64,000 bases of DNA from Candidatus Woesearchaeota archaeon (GCA_964372205.1 CAYJQB010000001.1:13180-77179), one strand, 5' to 3'. Numbered from the stretch's first letter, positions 26,522 to 37,471 are shown. Program-made: numbers and translations. The notes: generated by a model from the letters alone, not told the origin.

Positions 26522-26593
26522 GCGTGGGTAGTTCAGTGGTTAGAATCTCGGCCTTCCAAGTCGATGACCCGGGTTCGAATCCCGGCCCGCGCA
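26522..26593 (+). tRNA. tRNA-Gly (TCC)
   Basis: TCGGC-CTTCCAA-GTCGA; GGTTCGAATCC. Confidence 0.94.
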
Positions 26594-26637
26594 TGCTTAA
26601 TTAAACTTTTAAACCCTCGCAGTTTAGTGTTTTTATC

Positions 26638-27543
26638 ATGTCAGAAAAAGATTCATCAGAAGTTAAATTGCAAAAGAATTGGTACGACAAAAATTACAAA
26701 AAGTTGCTGATTCTTCCAATAATTTTGCTTATAGCATCAATATTCATTCTATTCCAGACGTATTCAGAAACTGGAGACATCATAAGAAAAGATGTATCGA
26801 TTGTAGGAGGCTCAACAATCACTGTTTTTGATGAATCGACAGATGTAGTCTCTCTAAAAAATGTTTTAAGTCTAGATTTCCCAGACATCCTAGTTAGAGG
26901 AATTTCGGACATAAGGACTGGAAATCAACAAGCCTTCTTTATAGAAACTACGGCTTCTCCAGAAGAAATCATTCCAGCAATAGAATCTTACTTAGGCTAT
27001 TCACTCACAGAAGAAAATTCTTCTGTCGAATTCACAGGCCAGGCTGTCTCTACAAGTTTCTACAAACAACTTCAAGTAGCCGTGCTCATAGCATTTGTTT
27101 TTATGGCAATAGTAGTCTTCATCATATTCAGAACTCCCGTTCCAAGTCTTGCAGTCATTATATCTGCCTTTGCAGACATCATAATGACCATAGCAGTTAT
27201 TGATTCAATAGGGATGAACCTATCAATGGGAGGAATAGTCGCAATTCTGATGTTAATAGGTTATTCAGTAGACACAGATATTCTGCTTACAACAAGAATG
27301 TTGAGAAAGAAGGAGGGTTCGATAAACAGAAGAATAATTGATGCTTTTAAGACGGGAATCACAATGACTTTAACATCCATAGTTGCAATTGGTGTTGCAC
27401 TTTTAATCATCTACAACTTTTCGGACACTTTAAGGCAGATATTCACCATATTATTGATAGGGTTAGGATTCGACATATTCAATACTTGGGTAACGAATGC
27501 TTCAGTATTAAAATGGTATGCGGAGGTTAAGAAGGTACAATGA
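26638..27543 (+). CDS. secF: Protein translocase subunit SecF
   Basis: LMLIGYSVDTDILLTTR; six-TM pattern. Confidence 0.92.
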   Translation: MSEKDSSEVKLQKNWYDKNYKKLLILPIILLIASIFILFQTYSETGDIIRKDVSIVGGSTITVFDESTDVVSLKNVLSLDFPDILVRGISDIRTGNQQAFFIETTASPEEIIPAIESYLGYSLTEENSSVEFTGQAVSTSFYKQLQVAVLIAFVFMAIVVFIIFRTPVPSLAVIISAFADIIMTIAVIDSIGMNLSMGGIVAILMLIGYSVDTDILLTTRMLRKKEGSINRRIIDAFKTGITMTLTSIVAIGVALLIIYNFSDTLRQIFTILLIGLGFDIFNTWVTNASVLKWYAEVKKVQ

Positions 27544-29048
27544 AGATAACTTGGAAAGTATGGATGTTAATAATTATTTTAGCACTCTCTCTTTTGGCAA
27601 TAAAACCTTCATTTGAGTCAGGCGTTTTAATAAGGTCAGTCGATCAGTCTTCAGACCTCTTTAGCCAAGGAATGAGGTCCGGGGAAGTAATCAAAGAAGT
27701 AAACGGTTTGGAAATCTCCACAGTATCAGATTATACTTCTGTGATGAATCAGATTTTTCCAACAATGGAAAATGTCAGAATAGATATTGCAACCAAAACT
27801 GCGACTTATGTCCTGTTTACAAATCAAACTCCTGAAATAACAGTTTCTGAAATTCCACAGACAAGACTGAAAACAGGCTTAGACATTCAGGGAGGGGCGA
27901 GGGCATTAGTTCAACCACAAGGAGAACTGACAGATTCACAAATGCAGGATTTGATAGCTGTTAGTAGCAATAGGTTTAATGTTTTCGGAATCTCAGATGT
28001 AAAAATTAGGGGAGTGACAGATCTTTCAGGAAACAAATACATGTTAGTGGAGGTTGCAGGTGCAACTCCTTCCGATCTAGAAGAGTTAGTCTCACAACAA
28101 GGAAAATTTGAAGCAAGAATTGGAGATGAATTGGCATTTGTTGGAGGAGACGAAGATATAACTTCAGTGTGTAGAAATGATGCCAGATGTGCAGGCATAA
28201 CAAGTTGCAATCCTTCAGGACAGGACTACTTCTGTAATTTCGCATTCACTATTTATTTGAGTGATGAAGCAGCAGAAAGACATGCAGAAATAACTGGAAA
28301 ATTAGGTCTTGATTCAGAGTCGGGGGGGAGATATCTTGACGAGAATCTTACTCTTGTTTTAGATGATAAAATTGTAGATCAATTAAAAATAAGTGCCGGA
28401 TTGAAAGGCCAAAAGGCAACAGAAATCTCTATTCAGGGATCAGGCCAAGGAGTTACACAAGAAGAAGCTTATGAAGCTGCCCAAAGTGATATGCACAATC
28501 TTCAGACAATTCTCATAACCGGAAGCTTGCCCTACAAATTAGAACTAGTAAAGTTAGACACGATCTCTCCTTTATTAGGAAAAGAGTTCACTTCTCTGAT
28601 TCTTCTTGCGGGAGCTGCAGCAATAGTTGCTGTGGCTATAGTGGTATTCATTAGATACAGAAACTTCAAAGCTTCTCTTGCCCTTCTTTTAACTTCTTTC
28701 TCAGAATTGCTTATTATCTTGGGTGTCGCAGCATTGATAAGCTGGAATTTAGACCTTCCTTCAATTGCAGGAATTCTCGCAACAATTGGTACAGGTGTTG
28801 ACCAGCAGATTGTTATTCTTGATGAAGCCAGAACAGGAAAAAGCGTAAGCATAAAACAAAGAATCAAGAGAGCTTTATTCGTAGTGATGACTGCTTATCT
28901 GACTTCTCTAGTTTCATTACTACCTCTTTACTGGGCAGGGGCTGGGCTTTTCAAGGGATTTGCAATAACCTCCATAATCGGAATCACAGCAGGAGTGTTT
29001 ATAACCAGACCTGCATTTGCAGATATGATAAGTAAGATAGAGGAATAA
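27540..29048 (+). CDS. secD: Protein translocase subunit SecD
   Basis: GLDIQGG, L..GSLP, IGTGVDQQIVI, KGFAITSIIG. Confidence 0.92.
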   Translation: MKITWKVWMLIIILALSLLAIKPSFESGVLIRSVDQSSDLFSQGMRSGEVIKEVNGLEISTVSDYTSVMNQIFPTMENVRIDIATKTATYVLFTNQTPEITVSEIPQTRLKTGLDIQGGARALVQPQGELTDSQMQDLIAVSSNRFNVFGISDVKIRGVTDLSGNKYMLVEVAGATPSDLEELVSQQGKFEARIGDELAFVGGDEDITSVCRNDARCAGITSCNPSGQDYFCNFAFTIYLSDEAAERHAEITGKLGLDSESGGRYLDENLTLVLDDKIVDQLKISAGLKGQKATEISIQGSGQGVTQEEAYEAAQSDMHNLQTILITGSLPYKLELVKLDTISPLLGKEFTSLILLAGAAAIVAVAIVVFIRYRNFKASLALLLTSFSELLIILGVAALISWNLDLPSIAGILATIGTGVDQQIVILDEARTGKSVSIKQRIKRALFVVMTAYLTSLVSLLPLYWAGAGLFKGFAITSIIGITAGVFITRPAFADMISKIEE

Positions 29049-29405
29049 ATGTTATCACGTTGGCATATAATTTTTGGAGCAGTATTCACATTATTTTTAG
29101 GGGTAATGATACCAGGGCTAAAAACATTCTACTTAGGTCTCGTTTTTTTCACATCCTTTCTTGTAGCCTTCGATCACTTAAGAACAACCAACCAAAAGAG
29201 AAGCTCAAAAAGTGAATTTTATTTTTTTCACACTTTAGAGGTTATCGCGGTAACTGGGCTGATAAGCGTTTTTTCTACTCCCTTTTTCTTCGTTTTCATA
29301 GGATTTGTGTTCCACACAACTATAGACATAGTAGAATCTTTCAAGAATAACACTTTTAACAAACGAGAGTTCTTTTTATTCAAGTGGATTTCTGGAAAAG
29401 ATTAA
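29049..29405 (+). CDS. Small membrane protein (metal-dependent hydrolase-like)
   Basis: WH...FDH...FFHTLE...FHTTID His/Asp pattern among TM helices. Confidence 0.55.
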   Translation: MLSRWHIIFGAVFTLFLGVMIPGLKTFYLGLVFFTSFLVAFDHLRTTNQKRSSKSEFYFFHTLEVIAVTGLISVFSTPFFFVFIGFVFHTTIDIVESFKNNTFNKREFFLFKWISGKD

Positions 29406-29423
29406 TAAGGCTTTAATCATATT

Positions 29424-30995
29424 TTGAAAGTGGAAGGCAAAGAATCTACGGAGCTAAATCGTTCTTTAAAGATTTTAGTAAGTGCTTCTTTTATTGTTGT
29501 AATCACAACAATCCTATCAAAGATACTAACTTATCTTTACAGAATAATAATAGCAAGAAATTATACTCCTGAAACTTACGGAGTGTATTCTCTTAGTTTG
29601 ATGGTTGTGGGATGGATTACCGTTCTTGCAGGGCTTGGGTTCGCAGGCGGTCTCTCCAGATATATCCCCTATTACAGGGGCAAAAATGAAGAATACAAGT
29701 CTTCAGTCTTAGTTAGAAAGATAAGTCTGCTTCTTCTAATTTCTGGAATACTAGGCATGTTTATCATGCTGGCATTAAGCGGATTTATAGCAAATAATTT
29801 GTTTCATGCCCCAGAATTAGAGTCCCTTTTAATGATATTTAGCGTAGCTATTCCATTTACAGTTCTAGCCGGAGTCTTTTTTACAGTTTTAAGATCTTAT
29901 GAAAAAATTGGGTGGCTATCTTTCATAGTTAATATCCTGCAGAACTCTGTAAAGATTCTAGTTTTGATAGCCTTAATATTACTAGGGTTTGGTGCGAAAT
30001 CCATAGCATTCTCATACGTTGCAGGAATTGCAATTGCACTAACTGTAGCGTATATGGTATCCAGAAGAAAAGTTTCTATCCTCTTCAGAAAACAGGACAA
30101 AAAAAGTTCAAGCGCCAAAGACAAGAATCTCATGAAGCCCCTAATCTCTTATTCCTGGCCACTAATAATTTTCGGCTTCATGTCCTCTATTCTTAGTTGG
30201 ACTGATACTTTTATGATTGGACTCTTAAGTACAACAGAAAATGTGGGTTTCTACAACGCAGCACTCCCGATAGCTTTGCTTATTACAATGTCTACTGATC
30301 TTTTCAGGCAGACTCTGCTTCCATTGATAACAAAAGAATATGGCAAAAAAAATATGCAAGCAGTGAAGTCTATAAGCAAGCAAGTAACAAAGTGGCTGTT
30401 AATTGCAGCAATACCGATATTTACAGCAATTTACTTATTCCCAGAAGAGGCTATCCGAATAATTTTCGGCCCAGAGTATCTTCCTTCGACAGATGCTCTG
30501 AAAGTTTTATCAGTAGGATTTTTTGTAACTTCTGTTTTCTTCGTTTCTCCAGAAATACTCTTGATGAAAGGAAAATCCAAACTTATTTTAGCAAATACTC
30601 TAGTGGTAGTTCTGTTAAATCTGATATTGAATTATTTTATGATAAACCTTTATGGTATAACCGGCGCAGCAATTTCAACTTCAATTTCTCTGATTCTTCT
30701 AAGCTTTTTGTTCACTTATCAATCTTGGAAAGTGTCATCTATATTTGTGATGAAAAAAGACATGCTGAATGTTCTTTTATCAGGAGTTTTATCTTTCGTT
30801 CTGACATTGGTAGCTTCTTTATATTTCGGAAAAGACTTATTCGGGGCACTCGCAAGCGGAACAGTATTCATAGTAGCTTACCCACTAGCTCTTTATCTGA
30901 CAAAGTCTATAGACCTCAACGACTATTCTATTTTAGCGGCGATAAAGGGCAAGGCTTTGAGAAAAGTCCATAACAAAATAGACCTCATCGATTAA
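29424..30995 (+). CDS. Polysaccharide flippase (Wzx/MOP family)
   Basis: About 14 TM; YGVYSL, WTDTFMIG, VGFYNAA, YGITGAA. Confidence 0.9.
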   Translation: MKVEGKESTELNRSLKILVSASFIVVITTILSKILTYLYRIIIARNYTPETYGVYSLSLMVVGWITVLAGLGFAGGLSRYIPYYRGKNEEYKSSVLVRKISLLLLISGILGMFIMLALSGFIANNLFHAPELESLLMIFSVAIPFTVLAGVFFTVLRSYEKIGWLSFIVNILQNSVKILVLIALILLGFGAKSIAFSYVAGIAIALTVAYMVSRRKVSILFRKQDKKSSSAKDKNLMKPLISYSWPLIIFGFMSSILSWTDTFMIGLLSTTENVGFYNAALPIALLITMSTDLFRQTLLPLITKEYGKKNMQAVKSISKQVTKWLLIAAIPIFTAIYLFPEEAIRIIFGPEYLPSTDALKVLSVGFFVTSVFFVSPEILLMKGKSKLILANTLVVVLLNLILNYFMINLYGITGAAISTSISLILLSFLFTYQSWKVSSIFVMKKDMLNVLLSGVLSFVLTLVASLYFGKDLFGALASGTVFIVAYPLALYLTKSIDLNDYSILAAIKGKALRKVHNKIDLID

Positions 30996-32160
30996 TTAGA
31001 CTTATAACTGCGGAGTATATCTCTTCAACACTTATTGAGTTCATGTGGACTTTCTGACAGATATCACAGGCATATCTTCTGCAATCATGAGCCTTGTTTT
31101 CATGATAAATATTGATATTCTTCTTATCGGGATCTATCGGTCCTATCCTCTTAGGAGAATCAGAACTATAGATTATCACAGCAGGGGTGCCCACTTGTGA
31201 AGTTATATGTGCAGTAGAAGTGTCAAGAGTAATAGTGGCATTGGCTCGTTTCAAGATAGATGCAAAAGACTCTATATCTGGGGTTTTACCAACCGCATAA
31301 ACCACCTGGTTTTTATTTTTGACTAAATCATATATCTTATTTGTAATTTGAGATTCGGAACCGACTCCAGAGATAATCACTTTTACATCGAGGCTCTCAG
31401 TTAAACTATCTATCAGTTTTGCCCACCTTTCTTCAGGCCAGAGGTGTGCAGGAGTCTTTTCTTCTTTCAGAGCATTTACTATTTTACCTGCACACGGATG
31501 GACTACAATAACCTTCTCTCCTTTTTTGACATGCTTCTTGAAGAACTTATTTGCAAAATCTTCGCTTTTTTTAGTGAAGTAGAAAGAAGGGCGATCAACT
31601 TCAAGTTTTAATAATCGGAAAAGAGCGATAAGAGTCTCTGGACCGTTTGCTCTAACAGGGTAAGGTCTTCGACTTGCTAAAATAGGAAAAATCTGTTTTC
31701 TAATTTTTCCCGGTTTGGCTCTAAATGAGTCTACTGATGAGATGTATTTTATTTTCGACAAAGCTAAAAATAATTCTCTATCTAAAATCTTTCTCTGCCT
31801 AGAAGCATCCATCAAGATAACGGCATCAATTTGCTTATCATTTATTAAATTCTTTGCCTGTCCCAATGTAACTGCCTCTATTTCTTGATTTTTTACAAAT
31901 TTTCTATTTTTTTCTAATGTCAATAAATAGAAACTTATCTGATACTTTTTAAGAACTGAATTCATAATTCCTATTACATTATAAATATCTCCTACCGCCC
32001 CGCCACAAATTACTAAAATTTTATTTATCTCTCCAGACTTCACCCTTGTAAATTTTCTAGGATCTAATAAAATCCAAAAAAGATAGTAGCTGAAATTTGA
32101 GAATTCTTTTATAACGTTTCCCGTGAATATTTTCAATTTTTCAAATAGAGATATATTCAT
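30985..32160 (-). CDS. Glycosyltransferase family 9 (heptosyltransferase-like)
   Basis: GAVGD, HPCAG, WPEERW, LDTSTAHI..VGTP motifs. Confidence 0.8.
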   Translation of the reverse strand: MNISLFEKLKIFTGNVIKEFSNFSYYLFWILLDPRKFTRVKSGEINKILVICGGAVGDIYNVIGIMNSVLKKYQISFYLLTLEKNRKFVKNQEIEAVTLGQAKNLINDKQIDAVILMDASRQRKILDRELFLALSKIKYISSVDSFRAKPGKIRKQIFPILASRRPYPVRANGPETLIALFRLLKLEVDRPSFYFTKKSEDFANKFFKKHVKKGEKVIVVHPCAGKIVNALKEEKTPAHLWPEERWAKLIDSLTESLDVKVIISGVGSESQITNKIYDLVKNKNQVVYAVGKTPDIESFASILKRANATITLDTSTAHITSQVGTPAVIIYSSDSPKRIGPIDPDKKNINIYHENKAHDCRRYACDICQKVHMNSISVEEIYSAVISLINR

Positions 32161-32235
32161 TAATATCTCTCAAAATGTCTCTTTATTAAAGTTTGCAATC
32201 AGCAGCTAAGGAATATTTATAAATTAAAGAAAAGA

Positions 32236-32829
32236 GTGATAAAAATGAATAAACTAAAATTTAGAACCTCCCCAAACAGCTACTTGAAAAAATTTTTCAA
32301 TATAAGAGTAGAAAGAGTATTTCCTAGGGGTTTTGAAAGATTTGGAGTTTCAGGAAACAATCTTATAGGAATAGAAATAGGAGTTTTCGAAGGAGAACAC
32401 GCAGCCTCTCTCATAAAAAATCTCAATATCAAAAAACTATATCTTATAGATCCCTATGTTATTCCCAACAAAGAGGACATATTTTGGACTAAAAAAATCT
32501 TGAATGCAAAAAAAAATGTCCAAAATAAATTCAGGAAGGACAAGAGAATAAGAGTCATCCACAAATATTCAACAGATGCAGTTAAGGACATAGAGGAGTT
32601 GGTAGACTTCATATATATCGATGGAAACCACGAATATTTAGCAGTAAGAGAAGATATTAACAATTATTGGAAAATTCTAAAAAAAGGAGGAGTCTTAGGA
32701 GGACACGACGTCCACAATGCAGTCCGAGCTCACAATAGAGGGGTTATGAAAGCAGTCTTTGAATTTGCCCTTTTAAAAAAGGTAGAAGTTATAATTGAAG
32801 GCGAAGACTGGTGGATAAAAAAACCTTAA
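32236..32829 (+). CDS. SAM-dependent methyltransferase (Methyltransf_24-like)
   Basis: IEIGVFEG, DFIYIDGNH, GGVLGGHD. Confidence 0.85.
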   Translation: MIKMNKLKFRTSPNSYLKKFFNIRVERVFPRGFERFGVSGNNLIGIEIGVFEGEHAASLIKNLNIKKLYLIDPYVIPNKEDIFWTKKILNAKKNVQNKFRKDKRIRVIHKYSTDAVKDIEELVDFIYIDGNHEYLAVREDINNYWKILKKGGVLGGHDVHNAVRAHNRGVMKAVFEFALLKKVEVIIEGEDWWIKKP

Positions 32830-33485
32830 ATTTGGTTTCTTGAATTTGGGCTTGCAAAGACAATCATCGTATCTTTGAATTTATCGCCCGCCAAACTAAC
32901 AACTCCCTTGACTATTTTTCTCCTAAGGGGATCTTTCCTTAAGAAAGGGTAATATGCATATTTGTATTTTTTAACTATGAACCCTGATCTTTCTAGAAGC
33001 ACAGTCATAACTTCAGGTGCAAACCAAACTGTGTGCTCTCTCGCTTTACTGCCATGAGGATCATTAGTATACTTGTAAACCATTTCAAACCATCTAAATG
33101 CACAAAAGGCGTTAGGCGTGGTAAGGATAAGCAAACCGTCTTTTCTAAGGTGCTTCTTACATCTTTCCAAAAATAATCCTGGATTACTGAGGTGTTCCAC
33201 AAGCTCTCCAGCAAATATCACATCAAATTTTTTTTTGAATGAAAATGATTCTGCATTTTGGCAAGTAACATCATAACCTTGTTTGTTCAAGCTTTCCACA
33301 GCCGATTTTAAGATATCTATGCCAGAGACTGATTTTGCATGCTCTTTCAAAAAATCATGAACCCAAATTCGACTCTTATGTTTTCTTTTTAAATCATGAT
33401 CAACACAGCCCACATCAAGCACATCTTTTCCAACTACATAAGGATAAATTGCTTTCAAAACTTCGTCTCTCGAAAAATTTATCAT
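32826..33485 (-). CDS. Class I SAM-dependent methyltransferase
   Basis: VLDVGC, FDVIFAGELVEHLSNPG, LTTPN. Confidence 0.88.
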   Translation of the reverse strand: MINFSRDEVLKAIYPYVVGKDVLDVGCVDHDLKRKHKSRIWVHDFLKEHAKSVSGIDILKSAVESLNKQGYDVTCQNAESFSFKKKFDVIFAGELVEHLSNPGLFLERCKKHLRKDGLLILTTPNAFCAFRWFEMVYKYTNDPHGSKAREHTVWFAPEVMTVLLERSGFIVKKYKYAYYPFLRKDPLRRKIVKGVVSLAGDKFKDTMIVFASPNSRNQI

Positions 33486-34258
33486 ATCTTAGCTATTTCG
33501 ATCCCCTTTTTTAACTTTTTCGCTTTTTTCTCTTTGAGTCGGACAATGAATGAATTACCATACCAACCAAATTTTTGAAATTCAATAGACTCAAATTTAG
33601 GATTTTTTGTGAGCCATTCTTTAAACGCAAGCTGTTCTCCTCTATTGGGGTCCCCTCTAAAGCAAAACCAGTCATCAAACACTAGGATAGCTCCGTTCTG
33701 CAAAAGGTCATTTACAAAATCAAGAACAAACACTGCCGATTCATAAAGATCGGAATCTATATACACAAGCGCAGCTTTTTCGATTTTCAGCTTCTTCTTA
33801 GTTTCAATATTAAGGGTTTTATCATACCACCCCTTAACAAGATGAACTTTATTCATATTAACTTTACTTTTTTCCAGTCTCCTAACAAAACTTTTATATG
33901 GAAAAGCATAATCTCCCTCATTAAAATGCTTAAATCCTTCGTTATCAAGCTTATTTTTAACAGGAGGGATGCCTTCAAAACTGTCAAATCCAATAAATCT
34001 CATTGCCTTTAGATTTTTGCCCATAGTTTGAGCTATGTGGTACGAAGATATGAATGTATTTCCTTCAGAAACTCCAAATTCAAGATAATCTCCCTCTATT
34101 TTATTGCTCCTCAAATAGTCCATCGCTTTAAATAAAAATCTTTCTCTTTCGGAATAAGCAAAAAATTCGTTGAAATGAGAAAATAGTGGTCTAAACCTAA
34201 AAGGTTTGAATTTTAAATCTTTATAGGTCTTCTTTAGATTGGATTTGAAAACAGGCAT
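33482..34258 (-). CDS. TylF/MycF-family O-methyltransferase
   Basis: GDYLEFGV, FDSFEG, VKGWY, IDSDLYES, VFDDW. Confidence 0.88.
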   Translation of the reverse strand: MPVFKSNLKKTYKDLKFKPFRFRPLFSHFNEFFAYSERERFLFKAMDYLRSNKIEGDYLEFGVSEGNTFISSYHIAQTMGKNLKAMRFIGFDSFEGIPPVKNKLDNEGFKHFNEGDYAFPYKSFVRRLEKSKVNMNKVHLVKGWYDKTLNIETKKKLKIEKAALVYIDSDLYESAVFVLDFVNDLLQNGAILVFDDWFCFRGDPNRGEQLAFKEWLTKNPKFESIEFQKFGWYGNSFIVRLKEKKAKKLKKGIEIAKI

Positions 34259-34276
34259 TTTAATTTGCTATTTTAT

Positions 34277-35230
34277 TCATTTATAAAATTTTTCCCCAGT
34301 TCCTTTATAAAAATTTACCATCTTTGAAATCCCTTCATCTATGAAAATTTTCGGTTTCCAATTTAGTACCTTTCTTGCTTTGTCAATATCAAGATAGAAG
34401 CTATCTTCAAAATCAAAAGCATCTGAATTTTTCTCTATCTTAATCGAGCCTCTGCCAACCTTCATGATTATTTTCGTGGCTAGAGAAATCAAAGCAACTG
34501 GCTCACCTGAGCCAAAATTAAACACTTCTTTCCCAGCATTCTCACAAATTCCGGAAATAGTCAGGGCATCAATAAGATCTGCTAAATATATAAAATCTCT
34601 AATTCTATTGCTTTTTTCACGAACTAACAAATCATTATCCTCCAGCGCTCTCTTGATAAACCAATTCATTAAACCATCAGAGGGCGAGACTATTTTATTT
34701 TTCTCACCATAAACTATTCCAATTCTTGCTATTACGAAATCCAATCCAGATTCTTGATAAAGTTTTTCAGATTCCTTTTTGATATGTCCATAAACATTGA
34801 ATGGATTTAGTTCCGATTTTTCGTTAATTGGACTTTTTTCAGGCTCAACCAACCCATAAACTAGTCTTGAACTAGTATAAACAATTCTCACCGAAGGATT
34901 ATATTTTTTACATCCTTCAATTAACTTCTCTCTGTTTACAACAAACCTTGAAACATTTTCAGATTCCGAGCTGTTTCTATCAACTGATTCTGCCAAATCA
35001 AAAATCAAGTTTTTACCAAATATTTCTTCAAGGAGGACATCTTCCGAAAATTCAAGGACTCTAATCTTATTTCTTATATCCGATATATTTGATAACTTTT
35101 CTAAACTTCTGGTGATTATGGTGATATTCGCACCAAGAGAAACTAATAATCGAGCAAGATTACTCCCAATAAATCCAAGTCCTCCAATCAGAAGAACATT
35201 TTTTCCAAGGTAATTTTGTCCAAGGTTCAT
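34277..35230 (-). CDS. NAD-dependent epimerase/dehydratase
   Basis: GGLGFIGS, YGHIK, RDFIY; ATG at 35230 overlaps the upstream stop. Confidence 0.88.
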   Translation of the reverse strand: MNLGQNYLGKNVLLIGGLGFIGSNLARLLVSLGANITIITRSLEKLSNISDIRNKIRVLEFSEDVLLEEIFGKNLIFDLAESVDRNSSESENVSRFVVNREKLIEGCKKYNPSVRIVYTSSRLVYGLVEPEKSPINEKSELNPFNVYGHIKKESEKLYQESGLDFVIARIGIVYGEKNKIVSPSDGLMNWFIKRALEDNDLLVREKSNRIRDFIYLADLIDALTISGICENAGKEVFNFGSGEPVALISLATKIIMKVGRGSIKIEKNSDAFDFEDSFYLDIDKARKVLNWKPKIFIDEGISKMVNFYKGTGEKFYK

Positions 35231-36189
35231 GACAACTGGGATAAGTTCTCCCACCAAGACTTATTTTCTTTATACCACTTGACAGTCTCAGTTAGACCTT
35301 TTTCAAACGAAATCTTTTGAGTCCAACCCAATTTTTTTATTTTGTTTGTATCTATGCTGTACCTTTTATCATTAAATGGTCTGTCTCTTATAAACTCTAT
35401 AAAGCTTTCATCTTTATTCATGAGGCTCAATATCTTTTTAGTCAATTCTAAATTCGTCAGTTCATCAGAAGTCCCTATATTGTAAACTTCTCCAACTTCT
35501 CCTTTTTCAAAAATAACATGGAGCGCTTCACAAAAATCGTTCACATTTATATATGTCCTAATATTTGATCCATCTCCGTGGATAGTTACTTTTTCGCCCT
35601 TAATGAGGCGGGAAATAAACTTAGGAATTATCTTTTCTGTAAATTGGTGGGACCCATAAACATTATTTCCTCTAACTATTACAATTGGAAGTTTATATGT
35701 TTGTAAATAGCCAAGAGCAACCATCTCTGCAGCTGCTTTAGACGCGGAGTAGGGATTAGTAGGATTTAAAATACTATTCTCAATAAAAGACCCTTCAACA
35801 ATGTCTCCATAGACTTCATCGGTGCTTATGTGAAAAATTTTCTTTACGCCATTTATTCTTGCAGCCTCAAGCAAAATATGGGTTCCCAGAGTATTGGTTC
35901 TAGTAAAGTTCAGAGAATCTCCAATTGAATTATCAACGTGACTCTCAGCTGCAAAATGAAATATGAGATCTACATCTTTTAATAGATAACATAAGAAATT
36001 AAGGTCACAGACATCACCTTTAACAAACCTATAGTTAGGCAGATTTTCTATATCTTTAAGTCTTTCTAAGTTACCAGCATAAGTTAGTTTGTCAAAATTT
36101 ATGATTTCATGTTCAGAATACTTTTTAACCATATGTCTGACAAAATGGCTCCCAATAAATCCAGCGCCACCAGTAATAAGGATTTTCAT
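35227..36189 (-). CDS. rmlB: dTDP-glucose 4,6-dehydratase
   Basis: GGAGFIGS, DKLTYAGN, AAESHVD, STDEVYG, YSASK. Confidence 0.92.
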   Translation of the reverse strand: MKILITGGAGFIGSHFVRHMVKKYSEHEIINFDKLTYAGNLERLKDIENLPNYRFVKGDVCDLNFLCYLLKDVDLIFHFAAESHVDNSIGDSLNFTRTNTLGTHILLEAARINGVKKIFHISTDEVYGDIVEGSFIENSILNPTNPYSASKAAAEMVALGYLQTYKLPIVIVRGNNVYGSHQFTEKIIPKFISRLIKGEKVTIHGDGSNIRTYINVNDFCEALHVIFEKGEVGEVYNIGTSDELTNLELTKKILSLMNKDESFIEFIRDRPFNDKRYSIDTNKIKKLGWTQKISFEKGLTETVKWYKENKSWWENLSQLS

Positions 36190-36211
36190 CAATATTGGGT
36201 TAAATCTGACA

Positions 36212-37471
36212 TTAATAAATTTTTGCACTTGTCTTTCCAGACAAAAGTGAAGAGTATATATCAGACAATCTACTAATCAATATTCTTTTATCATAATTTA
36301 GAAGAATAAATTTTCTCCCATTTTCTCCCATTTTCTCCCGTAGTTTTTTATTCTTGGACAAATATTCCGATTTTTCAGCAAGACTTTGAACATCTTTCTC
36401 TGCAACCAAAAATCCTGTCTTTGAATCTTGAACAACTTCAGGGATTGACGAATGAATAGTCGAAATTACTGGAAGGCCTGTTGCTTGAGCTTCCATCAGT
36501 ACCATTGGAGTGCCTTCAGTATCTCCCTGAAGGGAAACATGACTTGGGAGGATAAATATGTCAGATTTTTCATACAATTTTGGGATAATATCAGGGTTAA
36601 CAGCTCCTAGAAATTCAACATTCTGTTCAATGTCCAATTTCTTTGCAAGACTTTCTAAAAACGGTCTCATAGGCCCATCTCCGGCAATAATATATCTCGC
36701 ATTAATTTTTTTAGAAATCTTGGCAATAGCCTCTAAAGCATATCTGTGCCCTTTTTTTTCAACTAGTCTTCCAACAGTCAAAAAAGTAATCTCTTTTCGT
36801 CCAGGCCTCTTAATCAATTTAAATTTCGAAGTGTCGATTCCGAGTGGGAGGACACTAATCTTATTTTCAGGACAACCAAGAGCGATTAGCCTTTCCTTGA
36901 ATTTTAGAGATAACGGTAAAAAAATGTCTCCTGATTCAAATAAGGGAAGATAAACGTTCTTGTTTGTTTGTTCAACAAAAGAAGAAAGATCTCCTCCGTA
37001 GAACGAAGTAGCGTATTTCGCTCGTATTCCCACATCTTTGAGAATTGCTCCATAAAGCCCTCTTTGTCCAAAGTGACTATGGATTATATCGAAATTTTCT
37101 TTAGACTTGATAAACTTTAAAGCCATAAACAGAGGAATTAAAGAAAAAGCCACCTTTCCAAATTTGAAAAAATTCAACGACCTAAGGATTGCAACTGGAT
37201 GCTTTGAGATGTTGCTTGAGATTAGTTTAATAGCCTCCACAAATCGCTTTTTTTTCGATCTTGGAATATTTAAGTAAACAGTCCGATTTTCAAGAGAGTA
37301 TTCTTGGAATTTACTAGAGACAACCTCATCAGATTTTCGAATCGCAATAATTTTGATTTCCATTCCCATATCAATTAATCCAGTAATTTGATCCATGATG
37401 AATGTTTCAGTAGTCAATGGAAACTCACCAACAATAAATGCTACCTTAAGATTACTATTTTTTCGATACAT
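36212..37471 (-). CDS. Glycosyltransferase family 4 (WcaL-like)
   Basis: FPLTTETFI, HSHFG, VGRLVEKKG, EGTPMVLMEA. Confidence 0.88.
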   Translation of the reverse strand: MYRKNSNLKVAFIVGEFPLTTETFIMDQITGLIDMGMEIKIIAIRKSDEVVSSKFQEYSLENRTVYLNIPRSKKKRFVEAIKLISSNISKHPVAILRSLNFFKFGKVAFSLIPLFMALKFIKSKENFDIIHSHFGQRGLYGAILKDVGIRAKYATSFYGGDLSSFVEQTNKNVYLPLFESGDIFLPLSLKFKERLIALGCPENKISVLPLGIDTSKFKLIKRPGRKEITFLTVGRLVEKKGHRYALEAIAKISKKINARYIIAGDGPMRPFLESLAKKLDIEQNVEFLGAVNPDIIPKLYEKSDIFILPSHVSLQGDTEGTPMVLMEAQATGLPVISTIHSSIPEVVQDSKTGFLVAEKDVQSLAEKSEYLSKNKKLREKMGENGRKFILLNYDKRILISRLSDIYSSLLSGKTSAKIY

